Part shown: in pieces, positions 1 to 9,125 of the stretch
Layout of the letters: each line of letters begins with the position of its first letter
Position numbering within the stretch: position 1 is the first letter of the stretch
NCBI GenBank assembly: GCA_002730975.1
Contig: PCBO01000062.1
Span: 213 to 64,212, forward strand
Reading direction: 5' to 3'
From: Opitutia bacterium
GTDB taxonomy: Bacteria; Verrucomicrobiota; Verrucomicrobiia; Opitutales; Seribacteraceae
DNA length: 64,000 nt
Notes under the pieces: generated by a model
The model's input: only the letters and a program-made list of their open reading frames with translations
Database searches by the model: none
Told to the model about the DNA's origin: nothing
Made by a program: the position numbers and the translations under genes

Positions 1-171
1 TCCGCCATCCCCGAGAACTATTCCGTAGTCAGCAACGTCTCATCCAAGGTGCGCCTTCAGTCGGGACAAATTTCAGCAAATTGCATACGCCTTTTCGTTC
101 AATCGTCGGAAGGCATCTCCATTGAGTATTACGCAGAAAAAAAAGGATTGGTCAGAATTGAGAAACAATGA
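1..171 (+). CDS. 3' end (56 codons) of an unidentified ORF entering from the left window edge
   Basis: Frame +1 is open from nt 1 to TGA at 169-171. The stop overlaps the ATG of the next ORF (ATGA at 168-171). No recognisable motif. Confidence 0.3.
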   Translation, partial: SAIPENYSVVSNVSSKVRLQSGQISANCIRLFVQSSEGISIEYYAEKKGLVRIEKQ

Positions 172-1139
172 TTTACAGCATTAAAAAAACTCCTCTTAAC
201 AACTTTTCCTTCCAAACTCTCCTGCTTGCAATGAGTTTGGTTGATGCATTTGCCCAAACCGAGACAACGATGCGAAGTGGGAGGGAAACTGCTCTAGATA
301 CCCTCCAAAGAGAACTACTAGAGCTGGAACGTGATTTGGTAAAATTTCGTGATAAAGAAAAGAGTAAATCACCATCGGCTAATTCACCTCCTTTGCCCCC
401 GAAGCCCCTGAAGCTAGAACCATCTCCAACTCGTAAAACTGAAAAGATTGATTCAATAAAAACAGACCTTGATGAAATTGAAAATACATTAACCGAATTT
501 AAAAGTAAAAAAATCAGTAATTCCCCTGTGATGAAACCGGACATTGAAGTAATCAGGGTACGTCGCAAGCAGGTAGTGCTTGAGGGCGAACGAAGTAAAT
601 ATTTTCTTTTCGTTAATTCTGGAATTGCCTTTGCCCAAGATCAAAAGTTTGAACTCTCCGATGGGAGTAAGGCTATTCTAGAAACTCAACATGGATTAGA
701 TCTCTCCATTGCTTTCGGCCGACAATTCGGTTCATGGACAATTGGCCCCGAGATCAGTTTTCGCCAAATAGGATACACAAACTTTGTCCTTCCCTCGGAA
801 GCATTTAATGCAACGGGAGATTCAAACTCCTACTCATTTTCTCTCTACAGCGGTCGAGATTTTTCCATAAATCATTTGTGGAAGCTTCACGCAGGCATAT
901 CTCTAGGCGTAGCTTCCAGACACGAGACCTTTACCGTTCCTTTACCCCCGGCCCCCTCCATTCAAATCTTAGATGACGGGGCTCGGTTCCAAGGAAGTAT
1001 TCGATTCGCTTTGGAGTACAATGTTACAAAACTTTGCTCTGCTCATCTCGGATACCGCTTTAGCTACCTAGAGGACTTGAGAGATTTTGATTCCATGCCG
1101 ATTCACCAAGCTCATATTGGTATGCGTTTCAAATTATAA
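168..1139 (+). CDS. putative secreted/outer-membrane beta-barrel protein with coiled-coil and Pro-rich N-terminal half
   Basis: N-terminal hydrophobic signal-like segment (FQTLLLAMSLVDAFA). Charged coiled-coil and PPLPPKP stretch. C-terminal half has alternating amphipathic strands typical of OMP barrels (GLDLSIAFG, YSFSLYSG, GISLGVAS, HLGYRFSY, HIGMRFKL). Confidence 0.45.
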   Translation: MIYSIKKTPLNNFSFQTLLLAMSLVDAFAQTETTMRSGRETALDTLQRELLELERDLVKFRDKEKSKSPSANSPPLPPKPLKLEPSPTRKTEKIDSIKTDLDEIENTLTEFKSKKISNSPVMKPDIEVIRVRRKQVVLEGERSKYFLFVNSGIAFAQDQKFELSDGSKAILETQHGLDLSIAFGRQFGSWTIGPEISFRQIGYTNFVLPSEAFNATGDSNSYSFSLYSGRDFSINHLWKLHAGISLGVASRHETFTVPLPPAPSIQILDDGARFQGSIRFALEYNVTKLCSAHLGYRFSYLEDLRDFDSMPIHQAHIGMRFKL

Positions 1140-1153
1140 TTAAAATCTGCACA

Positions 1154-4100
1154 TCAATGCGGATGTTGTTGAAGAAGTTCTCGGGGTTCATAAAAGACTT
1201 TTTGGCTTAGTGTTTTTTCACGAACCGACTTGACGGTCTCTGGTTTTATAACCGAGGCAATGTTTCCGAATGTGTTCCTAACAAAGGTCAAGACGGCAGC
1301 AAGCTCATCGTCGGAAAGCATTTTAAACGGTGTCATGGGAACGACTCCTGGATACCGAACTCCCTTGACTTCGATAGGTCCCATCAAACCGTGTAGAGTT
1401 AATTTGATCAAGCGTTCCTCACTTCCGGTAATCCACTTGCTTCCGGCAATGGGAGGAAAATGAGCAGCAGGCAAGCCTTTGCCGTCAGGTTGGTGACAAG
1501 TGATGCAATGGCCTTCGCGATTAAACACTTCGGCGCCTTGGCGGAAAATTTGCAGGTCCGACCCCGTCAAATGGGTTGTATAAACAGGAGCAGAATCAGA
1601 CTCAACCGTCTGGCCTTTTAAATATGCCATAGCCGCTTTGTAAACGGGAAAGATTGATGAATCCATATCTTGAGAGCCATCGGGAGCATTCAAGCTAACG
1701 CCCATAGCAAGAATAGGTTTGTCTCCTGTGGAAAAACTTACTCGGCCATCCTGAAAACGAGCCTCATAGCCCCTGCGATTGAATATTTTTAAATTTTCAA
1801 CTTTAACCCCCTCCTTAAACTCTAACTTGAACCAGGGGTTGGTGTCACCCTCTGCCGAGTGGGCAAAATTAACGAGATCCCCATCAGTCAACAAATCAAC
1901 GGGGTAATCATCATTGTATTTAGAGGATTGCGAGGACTTTGCTTCACGGGCGATATTCTTACCTCCGCTAATCACTTGGACTTCCGACAGGTTCAAGGTC
2001 TGGTTTGATCCGGGAAGAGAAATGGTGATTATATCGATCTTAGTCGACTGGAGAGAAGGGTCGGCAAAATGAAGAACACCTTGTTCATCGAGGCGGCCGA
2101 CTCCGGTTTTAACTACTTTGTTCGTTTTATTTCTTAACTTTGCCGTTTCCAATACCGCTAATCCATCTTTCTTGCCTAACCAAGAAGCCGCAGCTACTGC
2201 TTCCATGCGGACTCGACCATGAACGTCTCCCGCAGCCAGTTTCAACAAAGAAACTTGGTTCATGATTTGGTGTCCACTATAGCGAAGCACCCGAACGGCG
2301 GCAGCTCGAGCACGGTAATCATCAGCACTGAGAAGTTGCCGAAGTAGATCTTGATCAACCTTGTTCAAGCCCCAGCTAACCCACAGAGCCTCTAGCAAAT
2401 GATGTTCATAGGAGGGATTCTTATCGTCCAACCCCGCAGTCCATTTCTCGAGGGCAGAAAGTACAGTAACTGTATCCCGTCCGCGCAATTCACGACGCGT
2501 ACGGTAACGTGTGCGATACTCAGGAAGTTTTAGGTTTTCCAACAGCTGCTCTATGCTTGCTCCCGCAACCTGGGCGACTTTGATTAAGGGACGGGAGGGA
2601 TAAGTAATTCGGTAAATTCGACCATGGGTATGGTCTCGGCTAGGATCACGAGCGCTGTGCTGCATATGGCCGATAAGGGCATTGTGCCAATCGACCAAAT
2701 AGAGAGATCCATCGGGAGCAAACTCCATGTCCACCGGTCGAAAATTTCGGTCCGAACCCTTCACCAAGTCGTGGCGGAAGGTGCTTTTGTAGCCCGTACC
2801 GTCGTCAACGAGAGTGTGCTGCTTCGTTCCCTGAAAACCAATAGTATTGTTGATAAGAATATCGCCTTGGATCTCGTCAGGAAAATGACGACTGGAGACA
2901 AACTCTAGGCCCGAGGTGGGGCGAACTCGGACTGACAAGAGATTTGGCGGGTTCGTGGCGAACCTACCATATCCCACACGGACCGACCCTGGGAGCATCC
3001 AGCGCATGCTGGGGTCGGAAGTATCGGCAAAAAAGTTTTGCCCCCAATCATCGAATGCAATCCCCCAAGGATTGGGAATGGATAGACGAACGGTTCGCTC
3101 AAGATGACGTCGCTTCGGGTTATAACGGAAAAAGCCGCCATTGGAACTTCGCACTGTGCCATAAGCGGTCTCTACATTGCTGTGAAGAAAGGTTCCCTCC
3201 CCCATGAAGATGGCGCCGGATGGATCGGCGCAGAAAGCAGAAATTGCATGATGGGTGTCATGATCGTCGAAACCACTCAATACAACCTCTCTGGAGTCTG
3301 CCTGGTCATCCCCGTTGGTATCCCGCAGGTGAACGAGAGAATACCCCTGAGCTAGGTAGACCCCTTCAGCTCCAAACTCAAACCCCATAGGAAGGTGCAA
3401 TCCACCGGCAAAAACGGTCTGTTTGTCTGCCTTTCCGTCGGCATTGGTATCCTCGAGGATGAGCAACTTGTCGTCGGGTTTGGGATCGCCTGGTCGGTAG
3501 TGAGGATAACTCGGCATAGTGGCAACCCATAGACGACCACGATTATCAAAAGAAAGCTGTACGGGGTTCGCCAGATATGGAAATTCGCGCTCGGACGCGA
3601 ACAATTCGATATTGTAACCCTCGGGGACGGCGATGCCCTTGGTCGCATCCTCGATCGACAGGTATTTCGCCCTATTCGGTCCCATGTCGGGCAAAACGTC
3701 AGTTTTGGCATCCAGGGTAGACATGTCAAACAGCTCATCGGACAATGCTGCCCAGACGCCCTGGTCTCGGACACTCATCATTTGGGCAAGCTTTTGAAGC
3801 TCAGCAGGATAATTCTTTGGGCCAAATGGATTGTGTCGTCGACCAAAGACATGAACCCCATTGGGAATTTTATAGTAATTGAGCCACAACCAATTCTTTT
3901 CTTTCACCGATTCCCTGAGACGAGAAAGTTCAGGTGGGGAAAACAGCTTGACCTCCCCGAAAAGACGATCGGACAGTAGAGGAGCCAACTTGGCGTAACC
4001 TTCCCCGGTAAGAAGAGCTCCATCTCGAGTGAGTGGCTTGGTGCTGGATTCAAACCATAACCGAGTAGGTGAGAAAAGGTCTACAAAGTGTACCTTGTGA

Positions 4101-4741
4101 TTTAATGCCACCTCCTCCATAACTTTGATGTAGAGAGCGAGAGCGATGTTTTCATCGACCCCATTGGGCGTATCATAAATGGCCGACAAATCTTGAAAAG
4201 CAATAGGTGAAACGAGAGCAAGTTTCGGAGCCTGTTCACCATTGTACTTAGTAGACAAAGTATGCTTAACAAAACCTTCCAATTCGGCCCTAAAGCGCTT
4301 CAAACCCCGAACGCCGTAAAAGGATTCCCCATAACCAAAGAAAGCAACCACGAGATCGGGTTTTAAGGTCTGCAGCCACTCATCGGAGGTTTTATAATGT
4401 CCGTTACCAACATTACCAGAACCCCAACGGTCTCTGGAGGTTTCAAGTATACGCAACTTTTCCGCCCCTGGGAATGCCCATGGGTTATTACGAGCCGAGT
4501 GAGGTCTAAAACCAGGAGTATTCCCCTCGTCGCACATATTGCGAATGATCAGGCGATGCAGGGGATAACGTAGGTGCATTTCGGTCTCGAAGTGACCGTA
4601 GTGAATCATTCGCGCACCAAGTCCGTTGCCGACAAGGACTACTCTACAATCCTTTTTTACCTCGATGGGAACAGCAAAGGTACGCGAAAGGAATAATAGT
4701 ACAAATATGAGATGGCCGATTGATTTCATTAGATCCGACAA
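1154..4741 (-). CDS. PVC-type multidomain 'membrane-bound dehydrogenase domain' protein with HEAT-like repeats, F5/8 type C (discoidin)-like module and C-terminal c-type cytochrome
   Basis: Signal peptide. SGNH-like N-terminal region. Beta-propeller dehydrogenase-like core (DGKADK, DDHDTHH, PWGIAFDDWG, DWHNALIGHMQHS). HEAT-like segment. NPWFKLEF discoidin-like motif. CITCH haem-binding motif with downstream Met. Confidence 0.85.
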   Translation of the reverse strand: MSDLMKSIGHLIFVLLFLSRTFAVPIEVKKDCRVVLVGNGLGARMIHYGHFETEMHLRYPLHRLIIRNMCDEGNTPGFRPHSARNNPWAFPGAEKLRILETSRDRWGSGNVGNGHYKTSDEWLQTLKPDLVVAFFGYGESFYGVRGLKRFRAELEGFVKHTLSTKYNGEQAPKLALVSPIAFQDLSAIYDTPNGVDENIALALYIKVMEEVALNHKVHFVDLFSPTRLWFESSTKPLTRDGALLTGEGYAKLAPLLSDRLFGEVKLFSPPELSRLRESVKEKNWLWLNYYKIPNGVHVFGRRHNPFGPKNYPAELQKLAQMMSVRDQGVWAALSDELFDMSTLDAKTDVLPDMGPNRAKYLSIEDATKGIAVPEGYNIELFASEREFPYLANPVQLSFDNRGRLWVATMPSYPHYRPGDPKPDDKLLILEDTNADGKADKQTVFAGGLHLPMGFEFGAEGVYLAQGYSLVHLRDTNGDDQADSREVVLSGFDDHDTHHAISAFCADPSGAIFMGEGTFLHSNVETAYGTVRSSNGGFFRYNPKRRHLERTVRLSIPNPWGIAFDDWGQNFFADTSDPSMRWMLPGSVRVGYGRFATNPPNLLSVRVRPTSGLEFVSSRHFPDEIQGDILINNTIGFQGTKQHTLVDDGTGYKSTFRHDLVKGSDRNFRPVDMEFAPDGSLYLVDWHNALIGHMQHSARDPSRDHTHGRIYRITYPSRPLIKVAQVAGASIEQLLENLKLPEYRTRYRTRRELRGRDTVTVLSALEKWTAGLDDKNPSYEHHLLEALWVSWGLNKVDQDLLRQLLSADDYRARAAAVRVLRYSGHQIMNQVSLLKLAAGDVHGRVRMEAVAAASWLGKKDGLAVLETAKLRNKTNKVVKTGVGRLDEQGVLHFADPSLQSTKIDIITISLPGSNQTLNLSEVQVISGGKNIAREAKSSQSSKYNDDYPVDLLTDGDLVNFAHSAEGDTNPWFKLEFKEGVKVENLKIFNRRGYEARFQDGRVSFSTGDKPILAMGVSLNAPDGSQDMDSSIFPVYKAAMAYLKGQTVESDSAPVYTTHLTGSDLQIFRQGAEVFNREGHCITCHQPDGKGLPAAHFPPIAGSKWITGSEERLIKLTLHGLMGPIEVKGVRYPGVVPMTPFKMLSDDELAAVLTFVRNTFGNIASVIKPETVKSVREKTLSQKVFYEPRELLQQHPH

Positions 4742-4879
4742 AGTTATAATTCGGTAAAAAAGAGATGATCCACATTATTTAATCAACCCTTCCAGCACTT
4801 AACTAGCAAACCGATAAAATCCAGTCCTTGTATACTTTTACGACTCGATATCCTGAATATTTGAATCCAAGATGGTGAA

Positions 4880-6412
4880 ATGAAATTTTTAGTTCGCTTT
4901 CTGTTGGGTCTACTTCCGATCATATGCAACCTGAGTGTGCTGGGAAATCGACCTAGTTCATGGAATCAGTTACGTGGTCCGAACGGGTCGGGATTCTTGA
5001 AAGATAGCCGACCACCCATTAAAATCGAAAATCACATTGCATGGAAGACAGCTATTCCCTCAGGACTGTCATCCCCTGCCCTTTCGGAAAGAAAAATTTT
5101 TCTCACTGCTATAGAAGAAGGTCGGTTGGTCACTTTAGCTCTGGATAAAGCGACGGGGAAGATAGTGTGGAACAGAAAAGCTCCCGCAGTCCCTATTGAA
5201 AAGTTCCATAAGGCAAGTAGTCCCGCAAGCCCCACTCCTTATGTCGATGAAAACCGATTGTTCGTCTACTTCGGTTCCTACGGATTGCTCTGCTATGACC
5301 ACGACGGTCAAGAACTTTGGAAGAAGTCGATTCCTACACCCAAGAGTCTCTATGGTATGGCCACTTCTCCCCTTGTGTACAAAGACAAGCTAATCTTGGT
5401 CCTAGATAACGACGCAAATGCGCCAAAAAGCAAATTGAGTCAGTCCAAGATTTTAGCCCTCAACAAAAACACGGGGGAAACAGTATGGGAAACTCCTCGA
5501 CCCTTTCAACGAAGCGGATGGTCGACTCCGCTGATAAAAAAATATGAGGACGGGGCTGAACTGGTGATACTTGGGAATGGCCGTTTGTCCGGGTATGAAT
5601 TACCTACCGGTGGGGAGAAATGGCATGTCACCGGATTTTCTCGAGAGACGATTTCCATGCCATTCACAGGGAATGACCTGATTTTCGGGTCCGCGTCCAA
5701 ATTGGGCGGCGCATCCGATGCTCAAACTGACCCTGAACCCTTCTGGAAAGCTGTGATAAGCTTTGATTCCAACAATGACAATAAACTGGAGCGTAAGGAA
5801 ATGACTGGACATTTCACTTTTCCGTTTCGTCCTGAACTACCACCTGGGCATCCCGGATACGGTATGCCGCTACCGAAAGACGACAACCAGCGTAAGAGGC
5901 GTCTCGATGGAATGTTTCACTGGATGGACAAAAACAAAGATGGCTTTTGGACACATAAGGAATTCGTGTCCAACATCTCCATCGGACATGGAAAACCACT
6001 TCTAGTGGCCATTCGCCCTGGCGGGAAAGGCAACATCACCGACACTCACGTCGAATGGGAGTTGAATCGCGGAATTCCAGAGATTCCTACACCTGTTTTC
6101 TTTGAGGATCGAATCTACATGGTCTGCAACGGAGGAGTGCTAGCGGGAGTAGATGCTTCTAACGGAAAACTACTATACAGAGAAAGGTTAGGAGGTTTCG
6201 GGCAATATAGCGCATCGCCGGTGGTTGCTAACGGGCACCTGTACCTAGCCTCTGAAGCAGGTCTCGTGTCAGTGGCAAAAACAGGAGACAAATTCGAGAT
6301 CGCTCACCGTTACGACCTAGGGGAAGCAATTCACGTCACACCAGCTTTGGATTTTCGCACTCTCTATCTCCGCAGCGAAAAACACCTCTGGGCCTTCAGC
6401 AATTTAAAATAA
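4880..6412 (+). CDS. PQQ-like/BamB-like beta-propeller repeat protein with inserted EF-hand-like Ca-binding loops
   Basis: Signal peptide. Repeated 'G..vW' propeller blades (TGKIVWNRK, DGQELWKK, TGETVWET, GGEKWHV, NGKLLYRE). DSNNDNKLERKE and DKNKDGFWTHKE match the EF-hand DxDxDG loop pattern. Confidence 0.75.
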   Translation: MKFLVRFLLGLLPIICNLSVLGNRPSSWNQLRGPNGSGFLKDSRPPIKIENHIAWKTAIPSGLSSPALSERKIFLTAIEEGRLVTLALDKATGKIVWNRKAPAVPIEKFHKASSPASPTPYVDENRLFVYFGSYGLLCYDHDGQELWKKSIPTPKSLYGMATSPLVYKDKLILVLDNDANAPKSKLSQSKILALNKNTGETVWETPRPFQRSGWSTPLIKKYEDGAELVILGNGRLSGYELPTGGEKWHVTGFSRETISMPFTGNDLIFGSASKLGGASDAQTDPEPFWKAVISFDSNNDNKLERKEMTGHFTFPFRPELPPGHPGYGMPLPKDDNQRKRRLDGMFHWMDKNKDGFWTHKEFVSNISIGHGKPLLVAIRPGGKGNITDTHVEWELNRGIPEIPTPVFFEDRIYMVCNGGVLAGVDASNGKLLYRERLGGFGQYSASPVVANGHLYLASEAGLVSVAKTGDKFEIAHRYDLGEAIHVTPALDFRTLYLRSEKHLWAFSNLK

Positions 6413-6532
6413 TCCTATTCGTCAATTAAGCCCAAGCCTTAGGACAATTCAAGACAAAGAAGCTCGGGAAAACGAAAGGAGTCGGTCTTAGCTATTTGTA
6501 TGAGTTCGCTTGTCTTAAGATATTAAATCAAC

Positions 6533-7372
6533 ATGAATGAATGGACTATGATTGAGGATTTACGAAAAGCTACCAAAGCAAAAAATGCACTACTTCAGAA
6601 TCATCCGATTTATGAATCGGTTAATTCTCCAAGAGGTTTGAATGTCTTTATGGAACATCATGTTTGGGCGGTATGGGACTTCATGTCATTAGCCAAAAGC
6701 CTCCAATTGGCATACACTACCTGTCGAGTGCCTTGGACTCCTCCAAGAAGAGCTGACCTCGCTAGATTCATAAACGAAATCATTCGAGACGAAGAATCGG
6801 ACCTCGATCACAATGGAAGAGCCTCAAGTCATTTCGAGTCGTACCTCCAATCAATGGAAGCAGTCGGAGCCTCAACTAGTGCCATTCTTAAATTCATAAA
6901 GGAGTTGGAAGTCGGAGAACATTGGAAAACAGCGCTGAACAGATCATCCCCGCCCGAGGCATCCGCTCGTTTCGTTTCCCGAAATCTAGAGATTATCGAT
7001 AAGGGGGACACTATCGAAATCGCTTCTTCCTTCGCATTCGGAAGAGAGCTCGTGCTACCAAGAATCTTCTCTCTAATTCTATCTGGCCTGAATGAGAAAG
7101 CCAAAGACAACCCTCGCTGGAACCCTTTAAAGTATTACCTAAAAAGACACATTGAGCTCGATGGACACGAGCATGGTAAAGCAGCCGAAGCAATGGTAAC
7201 TGAAACGGTGGGGAAAAGCACTGATGGATGGAAAAAAGCTAAGAATGCAGCAATAGCTGCTCTTGAAGAGCGAGTTCGATTGTGGGACTCTATTCACCAA
7301 AGTGTCGTCCAAGGCCAAGATGGAGAAAATGTCAACCTCCCAGAATCAGCAGATGTCAGCCAAGAAGAGTAA
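6533..7372 (+). CDS. DUF3050 family protein (haem-oxygenase-like fold)
   Basis: Family-typical motifs as I recall them for DUF3050: HHVWAVWDFMSLAKSLQ, VPWTPP, INEII..EESD, FAFGRE, YYLKRHIELDG..HG. Confidence 0.7.
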   Translation: MNEWTMIEDLRKATKAKNALLQNHPIYESVNSPRGLNVFMEHHVWAVWDFMSLAKSLQLAYTTCRVPWTPPRRADLARFINEIIRDEESDLDHNGRASSHFESYLQSMEAVGASTSAILKFIKELEVGEHWKTALNRSSPPEASARFVSRNLEIIDKGDTIEIASSFAFGRELVLPRIFSLILSGLNEKAKDNPRWNPLKYYLKRHIELDGHEHGKAAEAMVTETVGKSTDGWKKAKNAAIAALEERVRLWDSIHQSVVQGQDGENVNLPESADVSQEE

Positions 7373-7396
7373 TGCCCTTGCATGTAGCTAGTTTGT

Positions 7397-8395
7397 TCAA
7401 TCAAAGAGCATATTCAGGAAGGCATCCAAAGTTAAAGAATCGACTTTTCTAAAATTCTCGAAAAGAGTTTTGGAATCTGGATTATCTGGATCGATACGAA
7501 TGCCCCAAACCGGATCCAACGAATTGGGAAGAAGAGAGTAGCGAACATCACCTATGACATTTGGGTCTCCGGGTTTTAGGGCGACAAAACCGTCTGAAAA
7601 ATGAGTGAAGCGTAGAGTATCTTTGTAGGCGCGAGAATCCGTACCGTAGACTGAGGCAAGTGTTTCGTAATCGAGCAAAGGCACGTAAACGCCATGGTGG
7701 ATGGTTGGTTCGGAGAAAAAGTGCAAGCGAATCGCATCGGCGTAAATGCGGTCGTCGGACAAATAGGTAGAACGCCAAAGTAGATTGTTGAATATGGTTG
7801 GCTTTACGACAAGTCGTTCGATTTCATGCCCCCTACCCTCTGCCAGAGCGCGAGTAACGATTCTGGCTCGTTCCCGTTGGAAGAGCCCCAAAAGCAACCA
7901 AAAGATCCCAAATGTAAAACCGTAGTGAGCCAATCGAGGTTTTCGTCGAAAAAAAGCGATGGAAAGAAAAAGTAGAACACCAAGGCTAAAGACGGGGTCG
8001 ACAATGGAAACGTTGTTCCATGCGACACGAGTATATGAGAAGGGCCAAAAAAGATAAGTTCCATAACTTGTGCATGAATCGATCAAGCCATGAGTCCCGT
8101 ATCCTAATACGGAAAACTTCCAGATACTAAAAAGAGAACACTTCCTCCTAAGAAATGGCCAAAGGAATATGGCAACCAGCAGTCCGCCCAAAGGAATAAA
8201 AAAAAGCGAGTGCGTAAACTGACGATGAAACTCAAGCCGAAGGAGAGGATCTTCGCTAGAGTGAATGAAAACATCTAAGTCAGGAGCAAGTCCTGCCAAA
8301 AAACCTACGACGAGGGCAACACGAGTGTCCTCATTGTTACGAATAATCGTAGAGGCAAGAGCGGCGCCGGCAAGTCCTTGTGCAAAAGGGTCCAT
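7397..8395 (-). CDS. membrane-bound metal-dependent hydrolase (YdjM/YbcI, DUF457 family) with C-terminal extension
   Basis: MDPFAQGLAGAALAS N-terminus, multiple TM segments and His-rich loops (FHRQFTHS, GYGTHGLID). The track ORF extends to 8455, but M21 (8395) matches the family N-terminus and removes the overlap with the upstream gene. Confidence 0.7.
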   Translation of the reverse strand: MDPFAQGLAGAALASTIIRNNEDTRVALVVGFLAGLAPDLDVFIHSSEDPLLRLEFHRQFTHSLFFIPLGGLLVAIFLWPFLRRKCSLFSIWKFSVLGYGTHGLIDSCTSYGTYLFWPFSYTRVAWNNVSIVDPVFSLGVLLFLSIAFFRRKPRLAHYGFTFGIFWLLLGLFQRERARIVTRALAEGRGHEIERLVVKPTIFNNLLWRSTYLSDDRIYADAIRLHFFSEPTIHHGVYVPLLDYETLASVYGTDSRAYKDTLRFTHFSDGFVALKPGDPNVIGDVRYSLLPNSLDPVWGIRIDPDNPDSKTLFENFRKVDSLTLDAFLNMLFD

Positions 8396-8433
8396 TGCAA
8401 AAAGATATGTCAAAAAAATTCCATTAAAGTGTA

Positions 8434-9087
8434 TCAGCCCTGTATTAAGATACAAACCACGGTGACGATGACAGGGACGTAGAGGTTGTCGTTCAGGACA
8501 TTTTTTCCAACATGCAAAGGAAAAAGTTCGAGAACTGCAACAAGAGCCGAAAGAAAAACAGCTTGCAGCAAGTTGATGTTTCCCCAGAGCAGGGTAAAAT
8601 CAGGCAAATACGGAAAGACCCCTAGTGAAAGAAGTAAACACAAGGCAAAGCATCCTAAAGCTCCCTCCAACGTCTTTTTACCGATTCGCTTGCGCCCAAT
8701 AGCCTTGCCAACAAGAGCGGCAGCAGCATCTCCTAGGATAAACAAAGAAAGACCGAGAAAGGCTGATGCGGCAGCGGCCTTTCCACCAATGGCAATAAGG
8801 CTGCAAAAGAAAGAACCTCCCATAACGTATGTTGCTCCTGTCCATTTCGTAGATTCCGACGAACGAAGCATGGAACCAAAGCAATGATTGAAAATTCCGC
8901 TAAACGAAGAGCTTCGAAAACGAAGGGTTTCGATCAAAATAGAAACAACCAACAAGAAGCCGAGAACCAACGAAATCAACCAAGACTGTACATGAAGAAA
9001 GGTAGGGCCATAAAAAATTGCCGCAGGCAAAACCAATGCCAATCCATGTAATAGTTTACGAAAGATTTCCTCGGAAGTTAAACTCAC
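8434..9087 (-). CDS. integral membrane CTP-dependent lipid kinase/cytidylyltransferase family protein (phytol/dolichol kinase-like)
   Basis: Polytopic membrane protein carrying GDAAAALVGKAIGRKRIGKKTLEGALG, the CTP_transf_1-type signature. Confidence 0.5.
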   Translation of the reverse strand: MSLTSEEIFRKLLHGLALVLPAAIFYGPTFLHVQSWLISLVLGFLLVVSILIETLRFRSSSFSGIFNHCFGSMLRSSESTKWTGATYVMGGSFFCSLIAIGGKAAAASAFLGLSLFILGDAAAALVGKAIGRKRIGKKTLEGALGCFALCLLLSLGVFPYLPDFTLLWGNINLLQAVFLSALVAVLELFPLHVGKNVLNDNLYVPVIVTVVCILIQG

Positions 9088-9125
9088 GAGCAGGGCATAA
9101 TTGAATCGGTGAAGAGGTTGTCAGG

